From Desulfobacterales bacterium (GTDB taxonomy: Bacteria > Desulfobacterota > Desulfobacteria > Desulfobacterales > UBA2174), in assembly GCA_963668645.2 (NCBI GenBank), contig CAXXWC010000001.1:256001-320000 (forward strand): a stretch of DNA of 64,000 nt, read 5' to 3'. Positions 35,377-43,618 of the stretch are shown piece by piece. Below the pieces are notes generated by a model that had not been told where the DNA came from, did not search any database, and worked only from the letters and a program-made list of their open reading frames with translations. How positions within the stretch are numbered: the stretch's first letter is position 1; the number at the start of each line of letters is the position of its first letter. The position numbers were made by a program, and so were the translations under genes.

Positions 35377-37956
35377 TTCAACTTCATCCAATACTTTGGC
35401 TTCGGCTTCGTACCCCTGGTAATTCTTGTGGGATCGGCTCAGGCACCATTCAAAAACGTTACCTGCCATATCCATCACACCGCACTTCGCCCTGCCTAAT
35501 GGGAAAATCCCGACTGCCGATGTTGCGCCAATGCCCGTATCACCCATGTTACAGCGCTGCGGATCAAGCTCATCGCCCCACGGAAAGATCCGACCGTCTG
35601 TATGGCGTGCGGCCCGCTCCCACTGGGCCTCGGTGGGCAGCGTCACCGCAAAACCGAGTTTCTCTGCCAGCCAGTTGCAGAAGGCCATCGCCTCGTACCA
35701 GCTCACTCCGACCTGCGGGTGGTTCAGCGTTTCAAAAAGGCCACCGATTATCCTCGGTCCGTCGATCTTTTTCTCTTCCCTCCACTTCCAGCCCGCATCA
35801 TTCCAGTAATGCCTTTCGCCATACCCCCCCGCCTTTGTGAACAACCCGAACTGGGCCACTGTCACCGGGTAACGGGCAATGCGATACGACACATCAATCA
35901 GACGGCACTCGAACTGAGGCAGTTCGTAATCATACGCCTCATTATCCACCGCCTTGTCGCTGCCCATAATGAACGGGCCGGCTGGTATGCCGATCCAGTC
36001 GATATCGGGCAGGCCACCCTTCACGCCGACCCCCGGCCGGTCGTCGCCAAGTTGCCCGGCTACCCGGCCGGCCCCAGCCCTGAGATTGGCCGGTACGCGA
36101 TCCTGGTCGATCATCGTTCGGAAAAGGGCTTTTTTAACTCGTTGCGCGGCCTTGGAAGTCACCCCCTGGGGGCCTGCATCGACCACCGCATTGCCGGCCC
36201 AGACCACGGCCTGGCCCGGAGGACCGGGCACTTCCTGCACCAGGCGGGCCAGCAGTTCTCCGGAGGCCGCCTCGCGCTGCTGGATGATGCCGATGTAGGC
36301 CACGGTGAGCAGAAAAACCTCGTGCCAGTTGTCGTCGCCCATGCGATCGGCAAAATAATCGAGGATCGGGCCGATTTCCTGCTGGCCCTTCTGGGCGATG
36401 GCCACCGCCGCCAGGTACTCCTGGAAGGTCAGGTGGATGAAGCCGAACTCCCTTGGGCCGCGCAGCACCAGAAGACCGGTGTGCATGCGGATGTCCTCGA
36501 CGAATCGGACGGCAGCGTCCTGGGGGTCGCCCTCGCCGCGTTCGGCGAATATGGCGGCCAGGGCTGTTCGGGCTTCGGTCTCCGGCACCCGGCCCACGCC
36601 GGGGCTGGTTTCGTGCATCCACAGGGCCAGGGGCGCCAGGATACGCTGGGTGGCCACCACGTCCATGTCCCGGGCCCCGCCCCTGTCCAGCCCCCGGGCC
36701 AGGTTCCAGTGCTTGATCAGGGTTTCGACGTATTTCTGGTACAGCTCCACCCTCCGTTCGGGCAGGGTCACCCCCTGGCGCTTCATCAGGGCCAGCACGG
36801 TGAGCAGCAAGGGATTGGCTGCCAGGCGGCGCACGCCGGGATTGCGGTTGACGGCTTCCAGCAGCTCTCTTTTTTCCCGCTCGGCCTCCTGGGCGGCGAA
36901 CCGGGTCCGGCCGGAGGCCGCCCTTTCTATGGCCGAGGTCCACTTGCCGGCAAAGGCGGCGATCTCCTCGTCGTCGAAATCCACCAGGGTGCACTCGGCC
37001 AGTCCATCGAAGGCCGCCGGCCGCAGTTCCTTGTAGCCCACGATGCGGCTGGTCATGATGAACTTGTTGCCGTGGCGGCGCTGGACGGTGAAAAACTCCA
37101 TGGCCCGGTCCATCACCTGGCGCCGCCGGATGCCGTCCCTGACCTCGTCCAGGCCGTCGAGCAGCACCAGGGCCTGACCGTTTTCCAGGGCTGACTTCAT
37201 CAGCCGGCCGGCACCGTCAGCGATGTCGCGGTTGCCGTAGTAGTCTTCGATGAAACGGCCGATGGACATGTCACTGCCGGCAATGGTGCGGGCATAGGCC
37301 GCCAACGGCAGCAGGATCGGCAGGCGCGGCGCCATACCGAGTGCAACGGCGCTGTTCAACGCCTGATGCAAGGCCACGAACTTGAGAAAGGTGGTCTTGC
37401 CGGCGCCCGGGTCGCCCAGGACGATGAGGCCGTCATGCTTTTTCAGCAGCTCGATCAGCGGCACCGGCTCGCTCAGCCGCCGGCCCACCGCCTCGGCCTC
37501 GTCGGAAGCCAGCTTGCGCCCGGCCAGGCGCAGGTCCCGGGCCCAGGTTTCGCCTTCCGGCACTTCCACGCGGGCCTTGAGGGGTACGTACATATCGCGC
37601 AGTTCGAGCCTGAGCGGCACGCGGTCCGAAAACCCCATGCCGCGAAAGTCGAGATAGCGAAACTGATCGATGAGATAATCGAGATAGGCTTTGCGGCAGG
37701 TGTCTTCGGTGTCGCAGGACAGGACCGGCGGTTCCCCGGCAACCGGTTCAACACCGGCTTCTTTTCTCTCCAATGCGAACACTGCGGCGGCAACCAGAAT
37801 GAATGCGACCGCCAGGAAGTACAACAGCGGTGGGTTCTGTCGGATAGCCGGCGGCATGGTATCCGCCAGGAGGCTACCCAGGACTCCTCCCGTCAGGGAT
37901 ACCACTGCGGCAAGCACGAGGACGACGACAAACGTTCGCTTACGACCAGGGTCCAT
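35239..37956 (-). CDS. 2-TM, NACHT, FGE-sulfatase (CLec-fold) protein; putative DGR target 3
   Basis: Two N-terminal hydrophobic helices; LGDPGAGKTT, LLDGLDE, IMTSR, ANPLLL, FIHLTFQEYLAA; LPTEAQWERAAR, DMAGNVFEW, RVLRGG...GFR. Confidence 0.9.
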   Translation of the reverse strand: MDPGRKRTFVVVLVLAAVVSLTGGVLGSLLADTMPPAIRQNPPLLYFLAVAFILVAAAVFALERKEAGVEPVAGEPPVLSCDTEDTCRKAYLDYLIDQFRYLDFRGMGFSDRVPLRLELRDMYVPLKARVEVPEGETWARDLRLAGRKLASDEAEAVGRRLSEPVPLIELLKKHDGLIVLGDPGAGKTTFLKFVALHQALNSAVALGMAPRLPILLPLAAYARTIAGSDMSIGRFIEDYYGNRDIADGAGRLMKSALENGQALVLLDGLDEVRDGIRRRQVMDRAMEFFTVQRRHGNKFIMTSRIVGYKELRPAAFDGLAECTLVDFDDEEIAAFAGKWTSAIERAASGRTRFAAQEAEREKRELLEAVNRNPGVRRLAANPLLLTVLALMKRQGVTLPERRVELYQKYVETLIKHWNLARGLDRGGARDMDVVATQRILAPLALWMHETSPGVGRVPETEARTALAAIFAERGEGDPQDAAVRFVEDIRMHTGLLVLRGPREFGFIHLTFQEYLAAVAIAQKGQQEIGPILDYFADRMGDDNWHEVFLLTVAYIGIIQQREAASGELLARLVQEVPGPPGQAVVWAGNAVVDAGPQGVTSKAAQRVKKALFRTMIDQDRVPANLRAGAGRVAGQLGDDRPGVGVKGGLPDIDWIGIPAGPFIMGSDKAVDNEAYDYELPQFECRLIDVSYRIARYPVTVAQFGLFTKAGGYGERHYWNDAGWKWREEKKIDGPRIIGGLFETLNHPQVGVSWYEAMAFCNWLAEKLGFAVTLPTEAQWERAARHTDGRIFPWGDELDPQRCNMGDTGIGATSAVGIFPLGRAKCGVMDMAGNVFEWCLSRSHKNYQGYEAEAKVLDEVEGDAARVLRGGCFFDDRRFVRCAFRNIYSPHNRDNYTGFRPAAPGL

Positions 37957-38082
37957 TCAACCCTCCTAAAAGCTGAGCTATTCTATCCTTCCGCTGGCTC
38001 ACTTTCTTGGCAGCCCTGAAGTACTGCGCCATGTCGGCCGTACGCTACGCATCTGTCTTCCTGTAGTACGGGGCTGCATCCC

Positions 38083-38319
38083 TGCCGCGCTGATCACCCG
38101 GCGCTTGGGCTCCTTGATCACGAAGCTGGTATATTTGCCCGGCCGGTAGGATTCATAGGCAAGGTCCTGTTGAATCTGGACCAGGTATTCCTCCAGCCGG
38201 TACTCGAACAGGGCCGTCGACTCCCTGCCGCGCTTGCCGCGGGCTGCGGCTCGGTAGGCTTCGTAGAGGTTGTCCCAGTTACAAACATCTTGCAGGGTCC
38301 CGGTCACGTGGGTGATCAT
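38083..38319 (-). pseudogene. Truncated DGR-type reverse transcriptase (N-terminal ~79 aa only)
   Basis: CNWDNLYEAYRAAARGKRGR...F...LEEYL..IQQDL....YRPGKYTSFVIKEPKRRVISAA aligns with the N-terminus of the intact RT at 16995-17999. Similarity then stops abruptly; stop at 37999 and no YxDD motif. Confidence 0.85.
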
Positions 38320-38391
38320 GGATCTGTACCCTTAATGCATTCGCCGGTCGATGAACAATTCTGCCTGCCCCACCATGAGCGCCCGGCGCCG

Positions 38392-38539
38392 GCCCCAGAG
38401 GTCAGAGGCCGGGGGCGGCGGGCCGAAAACCGGTGATGAAGTCCCGGTAGTCGGGGGAGTGGTAGTAGCGAACGGCGCAACGCACGAACCTGCGGATGAA
38501 GTAGAAGCAGCCGCCGCGCAACACCCGCGCCGCGTCACC
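38392..38539 (-). repeat. Putative DGR variable repeat VR4 (second family)
   Basis: Partner of VR3: GGCFYFIRRFVRCAVRYYHSPDYRDFITGFR versus GGCFFDDRRFVRCAFRNIYSPHNRDNYTGFR. Confidence 0.8.
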
Positions 38540-41494
38540 CTCGACAACATCGAGGTCCTTTGCTTTGGCCTCGTAATCCTTGTAGTCCTCAAGCCATCGA
38601 CTCCGGCACCACTCCCAAACGTTGCCGGCCATGTCCATCGCGCCGCACTCGGCCTTGTCCTTCGGGAAAATACCCACCGCCGAGGTCGAGCCGATCCCTG
38701 CCTCGTCAAAATTGCAACATTCTTGCTTGAACTCGCTCCCCCACGGATAGATCCGCCCGTCCGTGTGCCGCGCCGCACGCTCCCACTGGGCCTCGGTGGG
38801 CAGCGTCACCGCAAACCCCAGTTTCTCGGCCAGCCAATTGCAGTAGGCCATCGCCTCGTACCAGCTAACTCCGACTTGCGGGTGGTTTGGTGTTTCAAAC
38901 CGTTCTCCCCAAGCTTCCGGCCCATCGATCTTTTCTTCTTCTCGCCACTTCCATGCCGTATCGGTCCAGTAACGCTTCTCTCCATAGCCACCCGCCGCCA
39001 CGAACAGCCCGAACTGGGCCACCGTCACCGGATAGCGGGCAATGCGATACGGCACATCAATCAAACGGCACTCGAACTGGGGCAGTTCATCTTTATACGC
39101 ATCATCGTGCTTCCCCTTATCGCTGCCCATGATAAAAGGCCCGGCCGGCATCTCGATCCAGTCGATGTCCGGCACGCCTTCCTTGACTCCCACGCCGGAC
39201 CGAGTATCGCCGAGGGTGCCCAACACCACACCGGCCTCGGCCCGTTCGCGCGGGGAAAGCAGGCCGTTGGACACCAATGTCACCAGACGCTCCTGGAGCC
39301 TGGGCTTGAGGGGAGCGGCCAGTTCCACACGGGCGGCGCGCTCCGGGCCGACTTCCATGTAGCAGAGCCCGGCCAGCCAGACGCGCCGCCAGGCGGCGGC
39401 ATCGTCAAGGAGCGGGTCGGCGCCGGGGCAGAGCCGGTCGATGAGCAGCAGCGGTTTGCCCAGGTCCCCGCCGTGGTGTACCAGCCGCCCTGTGGCCAGC
39501 AGGATTACCTCGCGCCAAAAGGCGGCCTGGCCGGACAGGTTGAAGGTCGTGTCCACGAAATCCGGCAGGTTGCCCAGGTGGCAGGCGGCCAGGTATTCCT
39601 GGAAGGTGCGGTGGGGGAAGGTGTAAATCCCGGGCTTTCTCTCGGGGATCAGGCCTGCACGCAGCTTCATGATCTGGACCATGGATTCTGCCCAGCCCAG
39701 ATCGTTTTGCGGGTGCAGCCGGCGCAGGGTCTTTAACAACACGATCTCGTCGATGTCGGCGGTCCGTTCCTTTTCGCCGTCCGGCTTCATCTGCCCATGG
39801 GCATTGAAGGCCAGTTCCCAGAGGGCACGCTTTAAGTCGATGTCGCTGAGGTCCGCCTGGCGCATCAACTGCCGCAGGCCGGTTTCCCTGTCGTCCTTGA
39901 GGCGCAGATTGACCGCCTCCCAGCGCCACAGGAGGATATCCACCACCTCCTCGTAGAGCAGGGCCCGGGCGTCGGGCAGTTCGCCCTTATGGGTGTGCAC
40001 CAGGGCCATGACGGTGAGCAGCAAGGGATTGCCCGCCATGCGCCACAGATCGGGCCGCCGCACGGCCCCGGCCAGCTTGCCCCTCATGGCGGCGGGATCC
40101 GAAACCACGGCAAGGGCGGCCAACTGGCGGTACCAGGCATCGATGAACCAGTCGATCTTCTCCTTGTCCAGCCGTGCCAGCTCGAATTTGCGCCACGGGG
40201 CGGCGTCGATGCGCCAGCGCGGGTCCTCGTAGCTCATGACCCGGCAGGTGACCAGGACCGGACAGCGGCGGAAGGTCTTTTGCACGTCGACGATCATGGC
40301 CTTGACGGCGTCGAGGATGTCCCCTTCAGCAGCGATTTCGTCCAGTCCGTCGATGAGAAGAAGGCAGCCTCCCGCGTGGAGCGCGGCCTCGAACTCGCCG
40401 GCAATCCCGGCGATACCCTGGCGCACCAGCAGTTGGCGCAGGTAGTCGAGAAAAAGCCCGCTGCTGCCTTTCGGCCTGCCTTTACGGCCGCCCAGCCAGG
40501 CGGCCACCTCCCGCAGCACGATGGGCAGGGGGACGATGTCGCGCCATTTTTCCGGCCATCCGGCAAGGCGGTCGCGCCAATCCTCGCCTGATCCGGTCCG
40601 GTATCGGGCCAGGCAGAGACAAAGATGGTTGACAAAGGTGCTCTTGCCGCTGCCCGGATCGCCCACCAGCACGACGGGCGTGTGGTGGACCAGGGCTTCC
40701 AGGGCCGCCAGCGGCCGGGTGTCCTCTTCCGGCCCGGGCCGGGTGCGCCGTTTGTTCGACGCCTTTTGCCCTTTGTCTTCGGTGCGCGCCGTCGTGTCCA
40801 GGGCGACGTAGACGTCGGCCAGGCGCATCCGATCGGTAGCGCAGGTGCCGGCATCGGCCGTCTTGATGTCGAGCCCGAGAAGCGCCAGGGACCCGCAGTC
40901 ATCGCAGATGCGCTCGAAGTAGGTCCGCCACAGGGGCGACAGGTCCGGGGCCACCTTTTCGGCCAGGCGCGTGACATTGTCGCGGATCTTCTCCTGGGTG
41001 GCCCCCAGGGCGCGGATTCCGTCGGCGATGTCCTTGAGCCGGTGAAGGGCGACCTGGCGGCCGAGTTCGGCGGATTTCTCGGCCTCCTTGCGGAAAGCGT
41101 CCACCAAGTCGCCCAGCACGGCCTGGAACGGGACCCGTCGGGCCAGCCACTCGGCGGGAAATTGCAGTGCGTCGTAGGAGGCCTCAAGGGCGGCGGTATC
41201 CGGTGCGGCGGTAGGATCGAGGAGCACCGCCATCTCGTCGGCCACCTCCTCGCGGGCCAGCCAGGCGGTGTAGATCCTGAGGAAATGCTCGCGGTTGTCC
41301 GCATCCTCGGCAAAGTGCTTTTTGGCCAGGGTATCCAGGGCACGGGCCATGGCGCGGTCCAGGTCCGAGCGGGCGGCGGGCGGTTCGAATTTGCGGCGTA
41401 CCTTGCGGCCCACGGCCTTCATCAGGGCCGTGGTGACCTCGGCGGCGGCACCGCCGAGAAATTCGCTGGCAACAGCGGAGGCGAACGGATCCAT
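38402..41494 (-). CDS. Helical N-terminal domain, NACHT, FGE-sulfatase (CLec-fold) protein; putative DGR target 4
   Basis: ATG at 41494 after GAGAGGAG (MDPFASAV...); VGDPGSGKST, LIDGLDE, LVTCR, GNPLLL, FPHRTFQEYLAA; FGE domain closely paralogous to target 3. Confidence 0.9.
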   Translation of the reverse strand: MDPFASAVASEFLGGAAAEVTTALMKAVGRKVRRKFEPPAARSDLDRAMARALDTLAKKHFAEDADNREHFLRIYTAWLAREEVADEMAVLLDPTAAPDTAALEASYDALQFPAEWLARRVPFQAVLGDLVDAFRKEAEKSAELGRQVALHRLKDIADGIRALGATQEKIRDNVTRLAEKVAPDLSPLWRTYFERICDDCGSLALLGLDIKTADAGTCATDRMRLADVYVALDTTARTEDKGQKASNKRRTRPGPEEDTRPLAALEALVHHTPVVLVGDPGSGKSTFVNHLCLCLARYRTGSGEDWRDRLAGWPEKWRDIVPLPIVLREVAAWLGGRKGRPKGSSGLFLDYLRQLLVRQGIAGIAGEFEAALHAGGCLLLIDGLDEIAAEGDILDAVKAMIVDVQKTFRRCPVLVTCRVMSYEDPRWRIDAAPWRKFELARLDKEKIDWFIDAWYRQLAALAVVSDPAAMRGKLAGAVRRPDLWRMAGNPLLLTVMALVHTHKGELPDARALLYEEVVDILLWRWEAVNLRLKDDRETGLRQLMRQADLSDIDLKRALWELAFNAHGQMKPDGEKERTADIDEIVLLKTLRRLHPQNDLGWAESMVQIMKLRAGLIPERKPGIYTFPHRTFQEYLAACHLGNLPDFVDTTFNLSGQAAFWREVILLATGRLVHHGGDLGKPLLLIDRLCPGADPLLDDAAAWRRVWLAGLCYMEVGPERAARVELAAPLKPRLQERLVTLVSNGLLSPRERAEAGVVLGTLGDTRSGVGVKEGVPDIDWIEMPAGPFIMGSDKGKHDDAYKDELPQFECRLIDVPYRIARYPVTVAQFGLFVAAGGYGEKRYWTDTAWKWREEEKIDGPEAWGERFETPNHPQVGVSWYEAMAYCNWLAEKLGFAVTLPTEAQWERAARHTDGRIYPWGSEFKQECCNFDEAGIGSTSAVGIFPKDKAECGAMDMAGNVWEWCRSRWLEDYKDYEAKAKDLDVVEGDAARVLRGGCFYFIRRFVRCAVRYYHSPDYRDFITGFRPAAPGL

Positions 41495-41692
41495 GGCAGG
41501 TGCTCCTCTCTGCCCATGGCGGTCGCCGGTGCACAAACGCCGGTCGCCGGGGGCAGCGGCCTGAAGCCGGCGTTCATCGGCGATGGCCGGGAACGGCGGC
41601 TTTGTTACGGATCGTGCGACAAACGGTCCTGGCGAAAGCAAAAACGGTCTGGAGATAAATCGTTCGACGGACTGATGAAAGGATCAGCAGGC

Positions 41693-41721
41693 AGGGTAAA
41701 CGATGGCTGCAAGGCTGTCAA
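41693..41721 (-). promoter_or_regulatory. Putative sigma-70 promoter for the second NACHT-FGE locus
   Basis: TTGACA-17 nt-TACCCT on the minus strand, about 200 nt upstream of the ATG at 41494. Confidence 0.5.
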
Positions 41722-41743
41722 TGCGTTCCGATGGATTCACAAC

Positions 41744-41946
41744 GGCCCTGTCAAAGGCCTGCGATGAGATCATAGAGAGGATTTTTGTCTTGCCGGTCTT
41801 CCTGACTGCAGATCCCTCGTCGTGCCTCCTCGGGATGACAACCTCTCTCCCGCGTCATTCCGAACGGAAGTGAGGAATCTGCAAGTTGCGCAGATCGGCA
41901 GGAAATGGTGGCAAGTCAAAAAGCTGACCCCGACTTTAACGGGACC
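41744..41946 (+). repeat. MITE-like repeat family, copy C
   Basis: Imperfect TIRs GGCCCTGTCAAAG / CTTTAACGGGACC (10/13); internal homology to copies A and B. Confidence 0.8.
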
Positions 41947-41961
41947 CCGAAGCGCCGCCTT

Positions 41962-43182
41962 TCAGCCCTTTTCGGAAGGGGCGTCCACGTGGCCCATCAG
42001 CATGAGCAGAATGAGCAGGATCAGGTAGAGGCCGGCGCCGACGAAGTAAATGGCGCGCAGCCCGTAGCCCGAGGCTACCAGGCCGCTGATCAGCGGGGCG
42101 GCGACCCAGCCGATGGAGCGGGCCGTGGCGGCCCAGCCGAAAACCGCCCCGCGGCGCTCGGCGGCCGTGACCCGGGCCAGCCAGGTCTGGAGCACCGGTT
42201 CGATCCCCCCGCCGCAAAAGGCCATGGCGAAGCGGGCCGGGAAAAGAGCGGCAAAACCGCCGGCCAGTCCCTGGGGGATCATGAACAGCCCGGCCCCGAT
42301 GATCGAAACCCGGGCGATGCCCACCGGTGAGAAGCGGTCGGCCAGCCAGCCGAAAACCGGAGCGGAAAGGAAGCCGGCCACGGCAGCCACGGCCGATACG
42401 GCCCCGGTCCAGAAGGCCGCTCCGGCGATGCCGCCGTTGATATCCTGGACCAGCAGGGGGAACAGGGCGTTATCGAACTGGCGGCAAAAGGCCATGGCCA
42501 CGATGAGCAACAGCAGCGGAATCGCCCCGCCAAGGGCCAGGCGCGCGGCCGGCAGCGACCGTTCTCGTTCCGAGGCCGCAGGCCGCACGAAATCCTCGCG
42601 GCTGCCGAACAGCACCAGCAGCCCGGCGATCAGAAGCAGCAGGCTGGCGGCCCAGAAGGCGTGGCGGTAGCCGAAATGATCGGCAAAGATGCCGCCGGCA
42701 AAGGTGCCGACCATCGAACCGGAATAGACCGCGGCGCTCAGGGCCCCCAGGGCCGTGCCGTTGCGGTTGGCCGGTGTGGCGGAAAGCACCATGGCCTGGG
42801 CCGCGGTGACCGTGCCGGAAAGCAGCCCCTGGAAAAGCCGCAGGATCACGAGGGCCTCCACACTGTGAACCATGCCCATGAGGGCCAGGATGGAGGCGGC
42901 GCCGAAGTTTGCCCTGAGCAGCATCATGCGCCGGCCGTAGCGGTCGGCCAGAACCCCCCAGATGGGCGAAAAAATAGCCAGGCTCAACGGGGCCGCCGCG
43001 CCGAAGAGCGCCACCCACATCTTGAGGCTCACCGGATCGTGCACCCCCAGGTCCTGGATGTAAAACGGGGCAAAGGGCATGGCAAAGAAAAAGCCCATGA
43101 TCGAAAGAAACTGCGAGGCCCAGACCACCGCCAGATTACGCTTCCAATTAACCATCATCCTCACCGCCGATACAGACACCAA
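41962..43182 (-). CDS. MFS transporter (DHA1, MdtG-like)
   Basis: NWKRNLAVVWASQFL, SPIWGVLADRYGRR (motif A), about 12 TM helices. The start may be a few codons downstream. Confidence 0.9.
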   Translation of the reverse strand: MVSVSAVRMMVNWKRNLAVVWASQFLSIMGFFFAMPFAPFYIQDLGVHDPVSLKMWVALFGAAAPLSLAIFSPIWGVLADRYGRRMMLLRANFGAASILALMGMVHSVEALVILRLFQGLLSGTVTAAQAMVLSATPANRNGTALGALSAAVYSGSMVGTFAGGIFADHFGYRHAFWAASLLLLIAGLLVLFGSREDFVRPAASERERSLPAARLALGGAIPLLLLIVAMAFCRQFDNALFPLLVQDINGGIAGAAFWTGAVSAVAAVAGFLSAPVFGWLADRFSPVGIARVSIIGAGLFMIPQGLAGGFAALFPARFAMAFCGGGIEPVLQTWLARVTAAERRGAVFGWAATARSIGWVAAPLISGLVASGYGLRAIYFVGAGLYLILLILLMLMGHVDAPSEKG

Positions 43183-43618
43183 GGGCCGGCAGCGGGCACG
43201 ATGCCAGCGGCCGGCCCTGATTATTCAGGGGCTATGGGATAGCACTTTCCTTCTGGCTGATCAACGCGGCTTATGCAAACTGAGTTTGCGTCTTGCGGCA
43301 GCCGGGTCGTCCGCAAGCATCGTGCGTCCTTCCGCTCCCTGGGAGCGCCGGGCCCCAGCCCGGCATTCTTCTCCGTTCGCCACATAGGTTCCAAGGCTTA
43401 CCCTGTTTTTCAAATATTTCAATTTTCATGTGTCTTTTCAATGCTATCTACCAACACCCCGAACCGGCCGGCAGCCTTCCGGGTGGTCCCGGCACAGCGA
43501 CCGGAATTACTGCGGCAATCGCCGCTTCGCTTTCCATTTGAACAAAAATATCATAGAGATTACGGATTTGATAAAAGATTCGCAGCAATGACGCTAACCC
43601 AGCAGTTGGAGTGCAAAC

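Noticed and set aside
41495..41690. Long GC-rich leader of target 4 as a riboswitch
   Set aside because: It has some hairpin potential but no recognisable aptamer consensus or terminator; it cannot be supported without an Rfam search.
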